A stretch of DNA of 54,395 nt from a virus (Duplodnaviria; Caudoviricetes). The notes beneath the pieces were generated by a model. It worked only from the letters and a program-made list of their open reading frames with translations. It searched no databases and was not told the DNA's origin. A program made the position numbers and the translations under genes. The stretch lies in IMG/VR virus record IMGVR_UViG_3300032006_000010, positions 1-54,395 of that record, one strand, 5' to 3'. Shown here one piece after another: positions 1 through 8,827 of this stretch (position 1 is its first letter; every line of letters begins with the position of its first letter).

Positions 1-140
1 TAGTCTCAGTCCGGACCGTCGTCGTCTTGATATTTTCAAGGATTATGCATTACATCCTCATGTATCAGCAGACGGAGAACCATGCCTTGGTGGATTTTCA
101 CAACCTTGGAGTCAGTGTGTCAGTACAAATAATATTCCTT
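1..140. repeat. Terminal direct repeat, left copy (assembly circularisation overlap)
   Basis: 1-140 equals 54256-54395 except position 127 (a) vs 54382 (t), a synonymous ACA/ACT change. The repeat lies inside a continuous ORF, so it is an overlap and not a physical DTR. Confidence 0.95.
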
Positions 141-1249
141 CCCTAGTAAATGTAGCTCAAGCATTTCTTAATACTTGGACTCGTGGTGACCATTATTGGG
201 ATATAAATGGTTATTATAATAGCTGGAAGGCTGCTTATCCTGAAACTACTCATAGAAAAGAGTTTCCTTTTACTGAATGGTTAACACAAAGCTTCAAATG
301 GGACCATATGAAACGTAGAATAGGTATTGATGATAGAGCTAGATTATCATTCCGTGGTGCTTTCGAGTTTCCTAAGTTCTATTATAGTGAGGATTATAAG
401 GAAAAGAGACCAAAAGACCCGAATAAACATTGGAAGATGTTTGATTTATTCAATGGTGCTATGTTCTTTTATAGAACCAAGGAAGATACCGAGGATAAAT
501 TAAAAGAAACCCTTGTGAATCTATCAAAAATAGTAGGTGGCGCTCTTTGGAATATAAAAGAAAGCGTTGGAGCAGAAGTAGGAATTGAAACCAGACTTGT
601 AGATGGATTATTCGAAGATGTTCTTATGGAAAACGACTGGAGTAAATCTATTATAAAGGTTCCCGGTAGGGGTCCTAGGATAGAATATACTATAGCCTCC
701 GAGTTTAATGACCTTCATTATTGTTTAGACGGAGAAGCTAGAAAAAGAGCAGCTAATCTTGTAAACAATAACCCACTGACTTCTGATATGGTAAATGAAT
801 ATGCAAGAGCTATGAACCGTGCAGAACCTTGGGAATGTGGTGGATATTTAGAAAGGAATGATATTCTTGAATGTCTTTCCTATTATATGAGAAGGGGAAG
901 AACAAGAGCATACCCATATCTGCTTAGAGCCTTACGTAATATGATAAAGTTATTAGTAGGTTCGGATGTATGGAACAATGACCTCCTAATAGAAGGAGCT
1001 ACAGGTGTTAAATCTGCAGAAATTCTTTTAGAGGGTTTAATGATAATAAAGGATTTCACAGATGACGTAGATGAGTTCGATAGAGTCATTAGGAATCATT
1101 ATACTTATGAACTCTGCGATAGATATGAACAAATCCTTCGTAGACAAATCAAAGGAAGGATAACAGATGTCAAACGTAAGTACAGACCCATCATTCACAG
1201 TGCGACTACCGGAGCTGATAGTACAGAAAATCAATTATCTTTTGACTAG
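1..1249 (+). CDS. E2-like (ubiquitin-conjugating fold) protein, 3' portion; full gene is 53909-54255 joined to 1-1249, 531 aa
   Basis: Frame 2 is open from base 2 and in frame with the listed 308..1249 ORF. It encodes DYALHPHVSADGEPCLGGF (HPH at 53-61, Cys codon 83-85), matching the E2 signature HPN-x7-C-L. The long C-terminal region is not recognised. Confidence 0.8.
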   Translation, partial: SLSPDRRRLDIFKDYALHPHVSADGEPCLGGFSQPWSQCVSTNNIPSLVNVAQAFLNTWTRGDHYWDINGYYNSWKAAYPETTHRKEFPFTEWLTQSFKWDHMKRRIGIDDRARLSFRGAFEFPKFYYSEDYKEKRPKDPNKHWKMFDLFNGAMFFYRTKEDTEDKLKETLVNLSKIVGGALWNIKESVGAEVGIETRLVDGLFEDVLMENDWSKSIIKVPGRGPRIEYTIASEFNDLHYCLDGEARKRAANLVNNNPLTSDMVNEYARAMNRAEPWECGGYLERNDILECLSYYMRRGRTRAYPYLLRALRNMIKLLVGSDVWNNDLLIEGATGVKSAEILLEGLMIIKDFTDDVDEFDRVIRNHYTYELCDRYEQILRRQIKGRITDVKRKYRPIIHSATTGADSTENQLSFD

Positions 1250-1910
1250 ATTCAAGGATATTGAATGGTCAGGTCCAGCATGGTATAGTGTCAGGAAACA
1301 GGAGGATAATGGTTTTCCAATTGATGTCGAACTAGCTTATTTCAAACCAATCCATTTAGGTAATGGTGCTGAAACTGAGCTTGATGGCAATAAAATGGGG
1401 AAACTGTTACCACGGATTTATAAGAAAAGTCCGGACTTAAAGGACTGTTTTCTTGGCTTAATTCATAGTCATCATACTATGGGAGCATTTCTAAGCTCCA
1501 CAGATGAAAGCACAGCCTTAGAGCAAGCAGTATTTGATGGATTGTTCTTCTCAACAGTTGTAGCCTCTAGTAAGAGTCCATTTGCTACATGCGTCACCTA
1601 TAGAGACCAGTTTGGTTATTCTAATATTATAGAGGGTGAAGTAGAAACAGATGTACAATTACATGTTCCTAAAGAATGGAAACAGGAAGCTACACGTATT
1701 GAGAAGGCTAAGAAGAAGGAAGATAAGAAAGCATACAAATACACTCCAATGCGTACAGCTACAAATGAGCAGCTAACTATGGGGTATACTCGTCCAGAGT
1801 ACTATCATAATGGTTGGGGCTATCAACGTACAATCGAAGATGAACCAGAAACTAAAAAAAAAGTGACAGTGGGAACGAACCGGTTCAGCAAGTTGACAAA
1901 AAGCAGTTAG
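1167..1910 (+). CDS. JAB/MPN+ (JAMM) metallopeptidase, prokaryotic type
   Basis: N-terminal EWSG (catalytic Glu) and GLIHSHHTMGAFLSSTD = HxH-x7-S-x2-D; AAGGAAGGA upstream of the ATG. Confidence 0.9.
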   Translation: MSNVSTDPSFTVRLPELIVQKINYLLTRFKDIEWSGPAWYSVRKQEDNGFPIDVELAYFKPIHLGNGAETELDGNKMGKLLPRIYKKSPDLKDCFLGLIHSHHTMGAFLSSTDESTALEQAVFDGLFFSTVVASSKSPFATCVTYRDQFGYSNIIEGEVETDVQLHVPKEWKQEATRIEKAKKKEDKKAYKYTPMRTATNEQLTMGYTRPEYYHNGWGYQRTIEDEPETKKKVTVGTNRFSKLTKSS

Positions 1911-2292
1911 AGTGTATGGATGACCTTACTACTCAATTCTTAGATAGTGAGTTATCTTATCATGAATACCTTGAAAAAGTTAGGGACTTCTGCCCAGACA
2001 TAGACCCGTTTATGTACATGGATGACCCTAAAAATTGGACAGCTTAAAAGCTGACACATCATCTCAGAGACCCCATCCACAGCTACAATACAACTCTGAG
2101 ATACAGCTAAGGGTTCAGTTGTTTGTTTTAACAGTGAAAACTGGGGTTGGCAAACAGTGAATTAACACCACCTAGGACTAAGCCGTAATGGCTTCCCTAC
2201 GGAATGCTGAATCCTAAGATTTGAGGCATTTGGAGAGTGCAGACAGCCGCCAATGTAAGTCCTCAACTTTAACCGTTAACTAAGGAGGTAAA

Positions 2293-2550
2293 ATGACTAC
2301 TAAAACCTTACAGACTTTTAAGGAAATTCTAGACGATATGACAGAAGATGATTCAAATATAAAATATGAAATAACAAAAAATTCTTTAGACCTAAAAGTA
2401 AATGGCTGGACATATTCAATAGAAAAGAGCAGATGTTTAACAAGAGAAGATAGATGGGATTGGCTTGCTCACATGTCTGAAAAGAACTGGATTGATAACT
2501 ATACATTCATGGTAACATTTTTAAAGGCATGTAGAACTTGGGGTATATAA
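2293..2550 (+). CDS. Hypothetical protein (85 aa)
   Basis: Strong SD TAAGGAGGT; WLAHMSEKNW motif; TAATG overlap with the next ORF. Confidence 0.75.
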   Translation: MTTKTLQTFKEILDDMTEDDSNIKYEITKNSLDLKVNGWTYSIEKSRCLTREDRWDWLAHMSEKNWIDNYTFMVTFLKACRTWGI

Positions 2551-2705
2551 TGGAAAAATGGTCAAACGAACGTATCCATTATCAACCAAAAATAAGAAAA
2601 ATGGCTATTGAACATGCAATGGAGCGATACCGAGAATCGTTCTGGTATTATAGGCTCCTTAAGAAACTTCGTTTAATTAAGAGAGGAGACAACGATGAGA
2701 CATGA
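2550..2705 (+). CDS. Small basic hypothetical protein (51 aa, MEKWSNERIH...), not in ORF track
   Basis: Starts in a TAATG overlap, fills the gap and overlaps the ThiF start. Confidence 0.55.
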   Translation: MEKWSNERIHYQPKIRKMAIEHAMERYRESFWYYRLLKKLRLIKRGDNDET

Positions 2706-3480
2706 TTCTAGATTCTTAAGAAATAAAGACCTTATTGAACAAAGAAAACTTGACATGATAGGTATAGTAGGTCTTGGAGGCATAGGTTCGTTTCTTATAC
2801 AGTCGTTAGCAATAATGGGCTGGAGAGACTTATTCGGCTGGGATAATGATGTAATTGAAGCACATAATCTTAGTTCTACAGCATATCCTGTAAAATCAGT
2901 AGGCGATGATAAAAAAGACGCAGCCAAAGAGCTCTTTGCTAATTATAGTGAAGGGTGGCAAGGAATAGCAACAGCTGGAAATTTTACTGATGAGAATATA
3001 CCCTATCCAAAACAGATAGTATGTACCGATAATATGGAATCAAGAAAACTAGTGTATGAAAAATGGAAGAAACAATTAGAAAAGAGACATCCACGTGAGT
3101 TATTTAAGGATTCATTCTTTATAGACTTACGTATGGGTGCAACTAGTGTTGAGATGATAACCGTAACTCCAAATAATGATAATTATATGGACCATTGGTT
3201 ACCATCACACGACATTCCTCCCGCACCGTGTTCAATGAAACACACAGTATTTGCAGCTCAATATATTGCAGCACTTGGGATTTCTCAGGTGTATAATTTA
3301 GTTGCAGGTCTTGCATTTTATGACTACATTTGGACCAGCCTGAACCCAAATATGGTCAAATTTGGTACTTTAATAATTCCTAAAACAGAGGAGGTATTAA
3401 ATGATAGAAGTGAGGAAAGTAAGCACAGATTGGATGGCGATGCCATCCGGACTGACTTATCTCATTATCGGTCAGCCTAA
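2695..3480 (+). CDS. ThiF/MoeB/E1-family adenylyltransferase (E1-like activating enzyme)
   Basis: N-terminal RFLRN; GIVGLGGIGS nucleotide-binding loop; WDNDVIEAHNL; CTDNMESR; DLRMG; candidate catalytic Cys179 in PPAPC; SD GAGGAG. Confidence 0.92.
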   Translation: MRHDSRFLRNKDLIEQRKLDMIGIVGLGGIGSFLIQSLAIMGWRDLFGWDNDVIEAHNLSSTAYPVKSVGDDKKDAAKELFANYSEGWQGIATAGNFTDENIPYPKQIVCTDNMESRKLVYEKWKKQLEKRHPRELFKDSFFIDLRMGATSVEMITVTPNNDNYMDHWLPSHDIPPAPCSMKHTVFAAQYIAALGISQVYNLVAGLAFYDYIWTSLNPNMVKFGTLIIPKTEEVLNDRSEESKHRLDGDAIRTDLSHYRSA

Positions 3481-4261
3481 AACTGGTAAGACAACAGCAG
3501 CATCAAGATGGAGTACAAAAGGACAGGACGGTGTTATCGTTCTGGACACAGACTTAGGGTCTGACTTCGTTGATGGTGTTAATGCTGTTACAGTTACCTG
3601 TTTGAATACACCTGAACGTCCGTTATTGAAAGACGGAAAACAGGTTGTAGCTAACCGTAAAGCGCAATACGAAGTAATTCCACCGGAAGAACGGGGTTAT
3701 TCATATCGTTCAGGCGATATGAAGGGGACTCCTATGCCAGTTTACAGTCTAATAGAGTGTTATAACTGGCTAGCTTCCAAGTGGGATGAACTCCCATACG
3801 ATACTATAGTTATTGATACTATAAATGAGGTCAATCTTTGGATTGAAGCTTCAGTTATAAATGAACTAGGTATCACAGCTATGGGAGAAGGTCAGTGGGG
3901 AGCTGATTGGGGAAAAGCCAAGCGTAAGAACTTGGATATCATCAAGAAGTTCCAAGACCTCATAAAAAAGAAAGGCGGAAATCTGGTATTAATAAGCCAT
4001 GCTAAATCAACGGTAATGACCGATGGTAAAGCACAGTTGGCACCAGAGCTCCCACGTGGACTCGGATATGGTCTGGCTGCTAAAGCAGACGTAATCGGGT
4101 ATACTACGGCATCAAAAGAAGATGGTGAATATAATATCTCATTTGAAGCATATGATGAGAGAGTAGTTGGTAGCAGATTGCGACCTCTTGCTCAGAAAAT
4201 ATTACCTCTTAGTTATGATGCTATAACTAAAGAAATATTAAGTTATAAGGAGGAAGAATGA
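3401..4261 (+). CDS. AAA_24/Sak4-like P-loop NTPase (recombination/annealing protein)
   Basis: Walker A GQPKTGKT, Walker B IVIDT, LISH and DVIGY motifs; SD GGAGGT. Confidence 0.8.
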   Translation: MIEVRKVSTDWMAMPSGLTYLIIGQPKTGKTTAASRWSTKGQDGVIVLDTDLGSDFVDGVNAVTVTCLNTPERPLLKDGKQVVANRKAQYEVIPPEERGYSYRSGDMKGTPMPVYSLIECYNWLASKWDELPYDTIVIDTINEVNLWIEASVINELGITAMGEGQWGADWGKAKRKNLDIIKKFQDLIKKKGGNLVLISHAKSTVMTDGKAQLAPELPRGLGYGLAAKADVIGYTTASKEDGEYNISFEAYDERVVGSRLRPLAQKILPLSYDAITKEILSYKEEE

Positions 4262-4890
4262 GTACAGCTCGTTTTCGCCCAGCAGAACTTGAGAGTAAAC
4301 AGATAGGTTCTAAATTCTTAGGTTTCTGTAATGTTGGTATTATTGATTGGGAGGACAGAGCAGACCAGTATGACTGGGCTGATGTCTACCTAGTTGCAAC
4401 TGTAGTTCCAGAGGGTTCACAATACTCTCAGGAATTTAAGATTGCTGGGTCTTATGATAGAGACCATAAAAATAATATCACCACCTGTACATTATTAAAG
4501 AGACTTTATTGGCTCTTTGATGTATTAGGATTTGACGGTGGACCGGATATAAACGGTACTATGGTAGATGGAGAAGGTGAACCAATAGATTTGGTAACTT
4601 ATTTCTCTCAAAATCATGTCACAAATCCCTTAGAACCTAAACATGAGTACATATGTTACATTTATAAAGAAGCTGGTCGTAAAGACCCTTCTAAGGTGTA
4701 TTCTACTGTATTCCCGAAACTAGTACACAATACTCCATCCGGACTAAAGGACTTAGAAGGTTATATAGCTTTTATGAAGTCTAAGAATCTTATTAAGGAA
4801 GTATCTGAACTAGATATCGCAGCAAACGCAGACCCAACACCAGATAATGGTGTACCGGCACCTTCTTCTAAAGGTCCAGTAAGGTTCTAA
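4258..4890 (+). CDS. Putative single-stranded DNA-binding / replication accessory protein
   Basis: Lies between the AAA_24 gene and the primase-helicase; has a low-complexity Pro/Asp tail ending in Phe. Positional inference only. Confidence 0.45.
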   Translation: MSTARFRPAELESKQIGSKFLGFCNVGIIDWEDRADQYDWADVYLVATVVPEGSQYSQEFKIAGSYDRDHKNNITTCTLLKRLYWLFDVLGFDGGPDINGTMVDGEGEPIDLVTYFSQNHVTNPLEPKHEYICYIYKEAGRKDPSKVYSTVFPKLVHNTPSGLKDLEGYIAFMKSKNLIKEVSELDIAANADPTPDNGVPAPSSKGPVRF

Positions 4891-6674
4891 TGTTCGTTGA
4901 ATTGGCAATTGGGAGTCCCTCTAAACGGGGGACTCTCATTCCAGAAGAAGATATATGGGATATAGTCTATGAAAAAGGAGCAACTCAACCAGTATACAAA
5001 AGTGTTTACAGGTATGATGAAGATGCTCTTGAGTTTGTCAAGAAAAGTGGCAGTATAAAGAACTTCTTAGGAACCAGATATATTACAGAAGTTCCCATTG
5101 ACATAGATAAAGGTGACAATTCGGATGAACATACTCTAGAACAGACCAAACTTATAACTGACTTCTTATTTAAAGAATTAAGTTTAAAGGATGGTAATTA
5201 CGGTATCTATTATAGTGGCACAGGCTATCATATAGATATTAGTGCCAACTGTTTTATGTTTCCTCCGGGTCCAGAATTACCTTTTATTGTTAAACAAACC
5301 ATGATGACAATACTAAATGACTTTAGACCAGATTTATCTGTCTATACACGTACAGCAATCATTCGATTAGCCCACACTCTAAATATAAAATCACAACTAT
5401 ATAAAATCCCATTAACTATTGATGAGCTACATAGTTCTGTAGACAACATAGTGGCATTAGCTGCTGATAGAAGATTGGATTCAGGTGTGAAAGAATTATG
5501 GGGTGATGGCAGTCTTGAAGAACATGTCGTTAAAGAAGTACCCGAAGTAAAGAGTATGCAAAAAGTTTCTGAGCCTAATAATGTAGTTCCATGTATACAG
5601 ACTATGTATAGACGTGGTCCTGTTGAAGGCACAAGAAATAATACATTGTTAAGAATTGCATCTCATTTTAGAAGGCACGGACTACCAAGCGATGCAGCTA
5701 AGGCTGCCTTATTACATTGGAACGACAACAACCTTAATCCACAAGTGGTTATTGATAAGGTCGAATCAACATATAATCATGGATACAAGTATGGTTGTCA
5801 GGACGAATTGATGATGAAAGTGTGTGAACCAAAATGTATATATTATAAAAACAAAGATTACCTAGTAGATGTTATGACATCTGACGACTTACAACAAGAC
5901 CTAGAAGATAGGATAGAATCTGACTTCACAGGTAGAATGATAAATTTAGCTGAAATGTTCGGTTTTGTAAATAAGGACTGTTCTATTTATCCCGGTGAAT
6001 TGGTAACCATATTTGGTCCAACTGGAGCTAATAAGACAACCTTGGCACAAAATATAGCACTAGGCTACGATTTTATGAATGATGAAATAAGACCAGAGTG
6101 GCAAATGCCTACTTTATACTTATCTTTAGAGTTAAGTGGTTGGTATCTTCATCGAAGAAATCAACAGATTGTAAGTGGTATGAACAAGGATGATGTAACT
6201 ACTAATTATAAATATATCGGTAAAAACTATAATCAATTCTTAAAACATGTAAATGTACAGACTGTTGCTCCTAATACTGACTCTATTACCAAACAGATAA
6301 GAGAGCTTCAGCCACGTCTTGTAATTGTTGACTATATCGACTTAGTAGAAACCCCTAGAGGAATAAACGGTGAGTATGAATCAATAAGATACATTAGCCA
6401 TTATCTCTCCAACCTTGCTGTAAATAGTGACATAATTATCATTCAGGTTTCTCAAACTTCGAGAGAATACAGTAGAAACCAAATACTTGATATCTATGCT
6501 GGTAAAGGAAGTGGTGCGATAGAAAATGCATCAAGAAAGGTTCTTGGTATTAGTGGAATGCAAGATTCACCAGAAAAGAAGATATCTCTATTTAAGAACA
6601 GTGATGGTGACCTATTTGAAATAGACGTTAATTGGACACCATCATTTCGGTTACCCGTAAGGAGGAATCAATGA
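4890..6674 (+). CDS. AEP primase-polymerase fused to a PriCT-like region and an SF4/DnaB-like helicase
   Basis: IDID (DxD), YSGTGYH, RLAHTLN primase motifs; EGTRNNTL; Cys cluster; Walker A variant GPTGANKT; IVDYID; VSQTSR; GSGAIE. Confidence 0.85.
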   Translation: MFVELAIGSPSKRGTLIPEEDIWDIVYEKGATQPVYKSVYRYDEDALEFVKKSGSIKNFLGTRYITEVPIDIDKGDNSDEHTLEQTKLITDFLFKELSLKDGNYGIYYSGTGYHIDISANCFMFPPGPELPFIVKQTMMTILNDFRPDLSVYTRTAIIRLAHTLNIKSQLYKIPLTIDELHSSVDNIVALAADRRLDSGVKELWGDGSLEEHVVKEVPEVKSMQKVSEPNNVVPCIQTMYRRGPVEGTRNNTLLRIASHFRRHGLPSDAAKAALLHWNDNNLNPQVVIDKVESTYNHGYKYGCQDELMMKVCEPKCIYYKNKDYLVDVMTSDDLQQDLEDRIESDFTGRMINLAEMFGFVNKDCSIYPGELVTIFGPTGANKTTLAQNIALGYDFMNDEIRPEWQMPTLYLSLELSGWYLHRRNQQIVSGMNKDDVTTNYKYIGKNYNQFLKHVNVQTVAPNTDSITKQIRELQPRLVIVDYIDLVETPRGINGEYESIRYISHYLSNLAVNSDIIIIQVSQTSREYSRNQILDIYAGKGSGAIENASRKVLGISGMQDSPEKKISLFKNSDGDLFEIDVNWTPSFRLPVRRNQ

Positions 6675-6844
6675 AGAAGTATGTAGTTAAAACAGAAGTA
6701 ACTGCATCTGTGAAAATGGCTTTAGTAGAACTCGCTCAAAAGAACAAGCGGTCTCTAAAAAAGCAGCTTGAACATATGCTTGAATCTGTACTTATTGACA
6801 CTACAAGATTAGGAGGACATTTTGAAAAAACAGACAACTCGTGA
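6671..6844 (+). CDS. Small Arc/ribbon-helix-helix-like DNA-binding protein
   Basis: LVELAQKNKRSLKKQLEHML pattern; start moved to ATG 6671 after AAGGAGG. Confidence 0.55.
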   Translation: MKKYVVKTEVTASVKMALVELAQKNKRSLKKQLEHMLESVLIDTTRLGGHFEKTDNS

Positions 6845-7349
6845 GCTTGTAGGAGAGTATATAGACCTCGAAATTCAGGCGGAACATGCGTCTGCTGAAG
6901 AGATTATCAATATATCCGATAAACTAGACACTCTTAAAGGTACAATAAAACGTAAAGTTGATGGTATAGACTACTTTATGGTAGAACTAGACCGTAAACT
7001 TCACCTTATTGATGCAGAAGTAGAGTCTATCAAGAAAGAGGAGGCTCGTCTAAGAGTAAGACGTCGTGCAACAGAATCATTAAAGAAATACTTTAACGGA
7101 GTTCTTATACCTATGGTAGTAGATGAAGTTGGAATAAACGGAGTCTATGAAACTGATACAGCGAGATATAAACTGTATGAAACATGGGGACCGGTAGTAG
7201 TTATGGACGAAGAAGAAGTTCCTGATGATTTTAAGAAGGTTGTTATGACAGAATCAATTGACAAAAAGAAAGCTCGTGAAACCTTGTCTAAGGGTGCTAA
7301 AATACCGGGACTTCATATTGAAAAAGTCAAGAGGGTAAAGCGCTCATGA
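6822..7349 (+). CDS. Siphovirus Gp157-family protein
   Basis: Coiled-coil N-terminus then VVVMDEEEVPDDF...IDKKK...LSKGAKIPG, typical of the family. Confidence 0.75.
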   Translation: MKKQTTRELVGEYIDLEIQAEHASAEEIINISDKLDTLKGTIKRKVDGIDYFMVELDRKLHLIDAEVESIKKEEARLRVRRRATESLKKYFNGVLIPMVVDEVGINGVYETDTARYKLYETWGPVVVMDEEEVPDDFKKVVMTESIDKKKARETLSKGAKIPGLHIEKVKRVKRS

Positions 7350-7570
7350 AACAAATGAATATAATACCATTTGTTCACATATCTTTACCTTATGGTGATG
7401 ATTATAGAGGAGCTTTCATTACATTGTTCAATATATTCCAGTTTGGAGTAGTAGTGGATAATGGATTTGTCGATTTATCACTATCTCTATGGAAATTAGG
7501 GGTTCATTTACACTTTGTAATTGAGGAGGAAAATAGATGCCTAGAAATAAGAAAAAGCAAAAAGAAATAA
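7346..7570 (+). CDS. Hypothetical hydrophobic beta-rich protein
   Basis: ATGA overlap with the previous gene. Confidence 0.55.
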   Translation: MKQMNIIPFVHISLPYGDDYRGAFITLFNIFQFGVVVDNGFVDLSLSLWKLGVHLHFVIEEENRCLEIRKSKKK

Positions 7571-7770
7571 TATTAGAGCTATTGCAGGGAGGTGTTAGTG
7601 TAACACCTATGTTGGCTTTAAATAGATGTGGTTGTTTCAGACTTGCAGCTATAGTACATCAACTGCGAGGCGAGGGACACGAAATAGATACCCATTACGT
7701 AAAAAGCCATACCGGGAATAAGTATGCAGAATATAAACTGGTTAGTTCCCAACTTGCCAGTGCACTGTAG
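7537..7770 (+). CDS. Winged helix-turn-helix protein
   Basis: QKEIILELL...VTPMLAL...GCFRLAAIVHQLR.EGHEI...YAEY, a common phage HTH pattern; SD GAGGAGG. Confidence 0.75.
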   Translation: MPRNKKKQKEIILELLQGGVSVTPMLALNRCGCFRLAAIVHQLRGEGHEIDTHYVKSHTGNKYAEYKLVSSQLASAL

Positions 7771-7777
7771 GGCTTAT

Positions 7778-7809
7778 TGGGGAGGAGTTTGTGGAAATTC
7801 TCCTCCCCA
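7778..7809 (+). promoter_or_regulatory. Intergenic GC-rich hairpin
   Basis: TGGGGAGGAG / CTCCTCCCCA 10-bp perfect stem just upstream of the next SD; no U-tract. Confidence 0.5.
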
Positions 7810-7832
7810 TTCCCATAGAAAGGAGGTCTTTA

Positions 7833-8147
7833 ATGGCAAAATCTAAGCCTAAGAAAGTATATAAAGTCAGAGAGATGAATGATAGAATAAAGAACCTAAA
7901 TAATTATATTGGTAAAACCCAGATAGTAATGTTTTATAAATGGATGCTCGATGAAGGAAAAATAAGCAAAGACGGAGCTGCAGCAAAACGGTTAGAAGAG
8001 TTGCAGTTGGAAAGTAAACGTGATAATATTCTAAACTCAAAACATATTAATAAACCCACGAAGGATATTCTACTGAACAATCTTGATAAAGAAGGAGTCG
8101 GAGATGCAAGAACCTCAGGATGGCGCAATAAAATTAGACAAAAATAA
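7833..8147 (+). CDS. Hypothetical basic protein
   Basis: Start moved to ATG 7833 after AAGGAGGT. Confidence 0.65.
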   Translation: MAKSKPKKVYKVREMNDRIKNLNNYIGKTQIVMFYKWMLDEGKISKDGAAAKRLEELQLESKRDNILNSKHINKPTKDILLNNLDKEGVGDARTSGWRNKIRQK

Positions 8148-8568
8148 ATTTAAAGATGTACTATATCCTATACACAAAACCTATTGGCAAAAAGCTTACA
8201 AAAAGCTATCAGCTAAGATGAGCACATTGTACAGTAGTTTAAAAAGGAGGAGTGAGGATTATTCAGTCGAATTTAATATAGAACGAAACGATATACGTTC
8301 CATGTTCTATGATACTTATGGTAGTGAATGTAAATATTGCAATAGACAATTAAATTACCGCAATATAGCTTGTGACCACATTATTCCTCTTAGTAAAGAA
8401 GGTCCAACAAACAAAAAAAATCTGCAGCTTATTTGTAAAGCTTGCAACACTAGAAAAGGTCCTCTTGATGAGGATGACTTTGATGTGCTTATTCAGTTAG
8501 TACAGGAGCTTCCTGACGAAATTAGCACATATGTAATGAAGAAGCTCGCAAAAGGAGGTCGTTACTAA
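8104..8568 (+). CDS. HNH endonuclease
   Basis: CKYC...DHIIPLSKEG...NLQLICKACNTRKG; start moved to ATG 8104 after AAGGAG. Confidence 0.9.
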   Translation: MQEPQDGAIKLDKNKFKDVLYPIHKTYWQKAYKKLSAKMSTLYSSLKRRSEDYSVEFNIERNDIRSMFYDTYGSECKYCNRQLNYRNIACDHIIPLSKEGPTNKKNLQLICKACNTRKGPLDEDDFDVLIQLVQELPDEISTYVMKKLAKGGRY

Positions 8569-8569
8569 T

Positions 8570-8827
8570 ATGAGTAATTGGCGATTTGAAACAGGAGTAC
8601 CAATACCACCTGTCAATACTAGACATACAGGCGCTTATCGTTCTAAATATATGTTTATTACGGAGCTAAATGTTGGTCAATCTGTATTTGTTCCTGAAAC
8701 TAAATTCAAGCCACAATTGGTTAATCAAGCAACAAACCGATTTTCAAAAAAGCTTGATAGAAAGTTCGTAACCAGACGTAGAACCGAAGATGGTAAATAT
8801 GGAATCCGGGTATGGAGAACTCGATAG
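8570..8827 (+). CDS. Small phage protein, possibly DNA-binding
   Basis: GVPIP...SKY...LNVGQSVFVP...GIRVWR motif, common in phages. Confidence 0.7.
   Translation: MSNWRFETGVPIPPVNTRHTGAYRSKYMFITELNVGQSVFVPETKFKPQLVNQATNRFSKKLDRKFVTRRRTEDGKYGIRVWRTR

Noticed and set aside
2695-3480. ThiF plus ThiS-like gene as a thiamine/molybdopterin auxiliary metabolic module
   Set aside because: No ThiG, MoaE or sulfurtransferase gene; the neighbours are E2-like and JAB genes and the Ubl lacks a terminal GG.
883-8128. Short - strand ORFs in the early arm (883, 1037, 2318, 2673, 3143, 5342, 7934)
   Set aside because: Antisense shadows of well-supported + strand genes.
8104-8568. HNH gene as part of a mobile intron
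   Set aside because: Free-standing, coupled to neighbours, and no interrupted host gene is evident.
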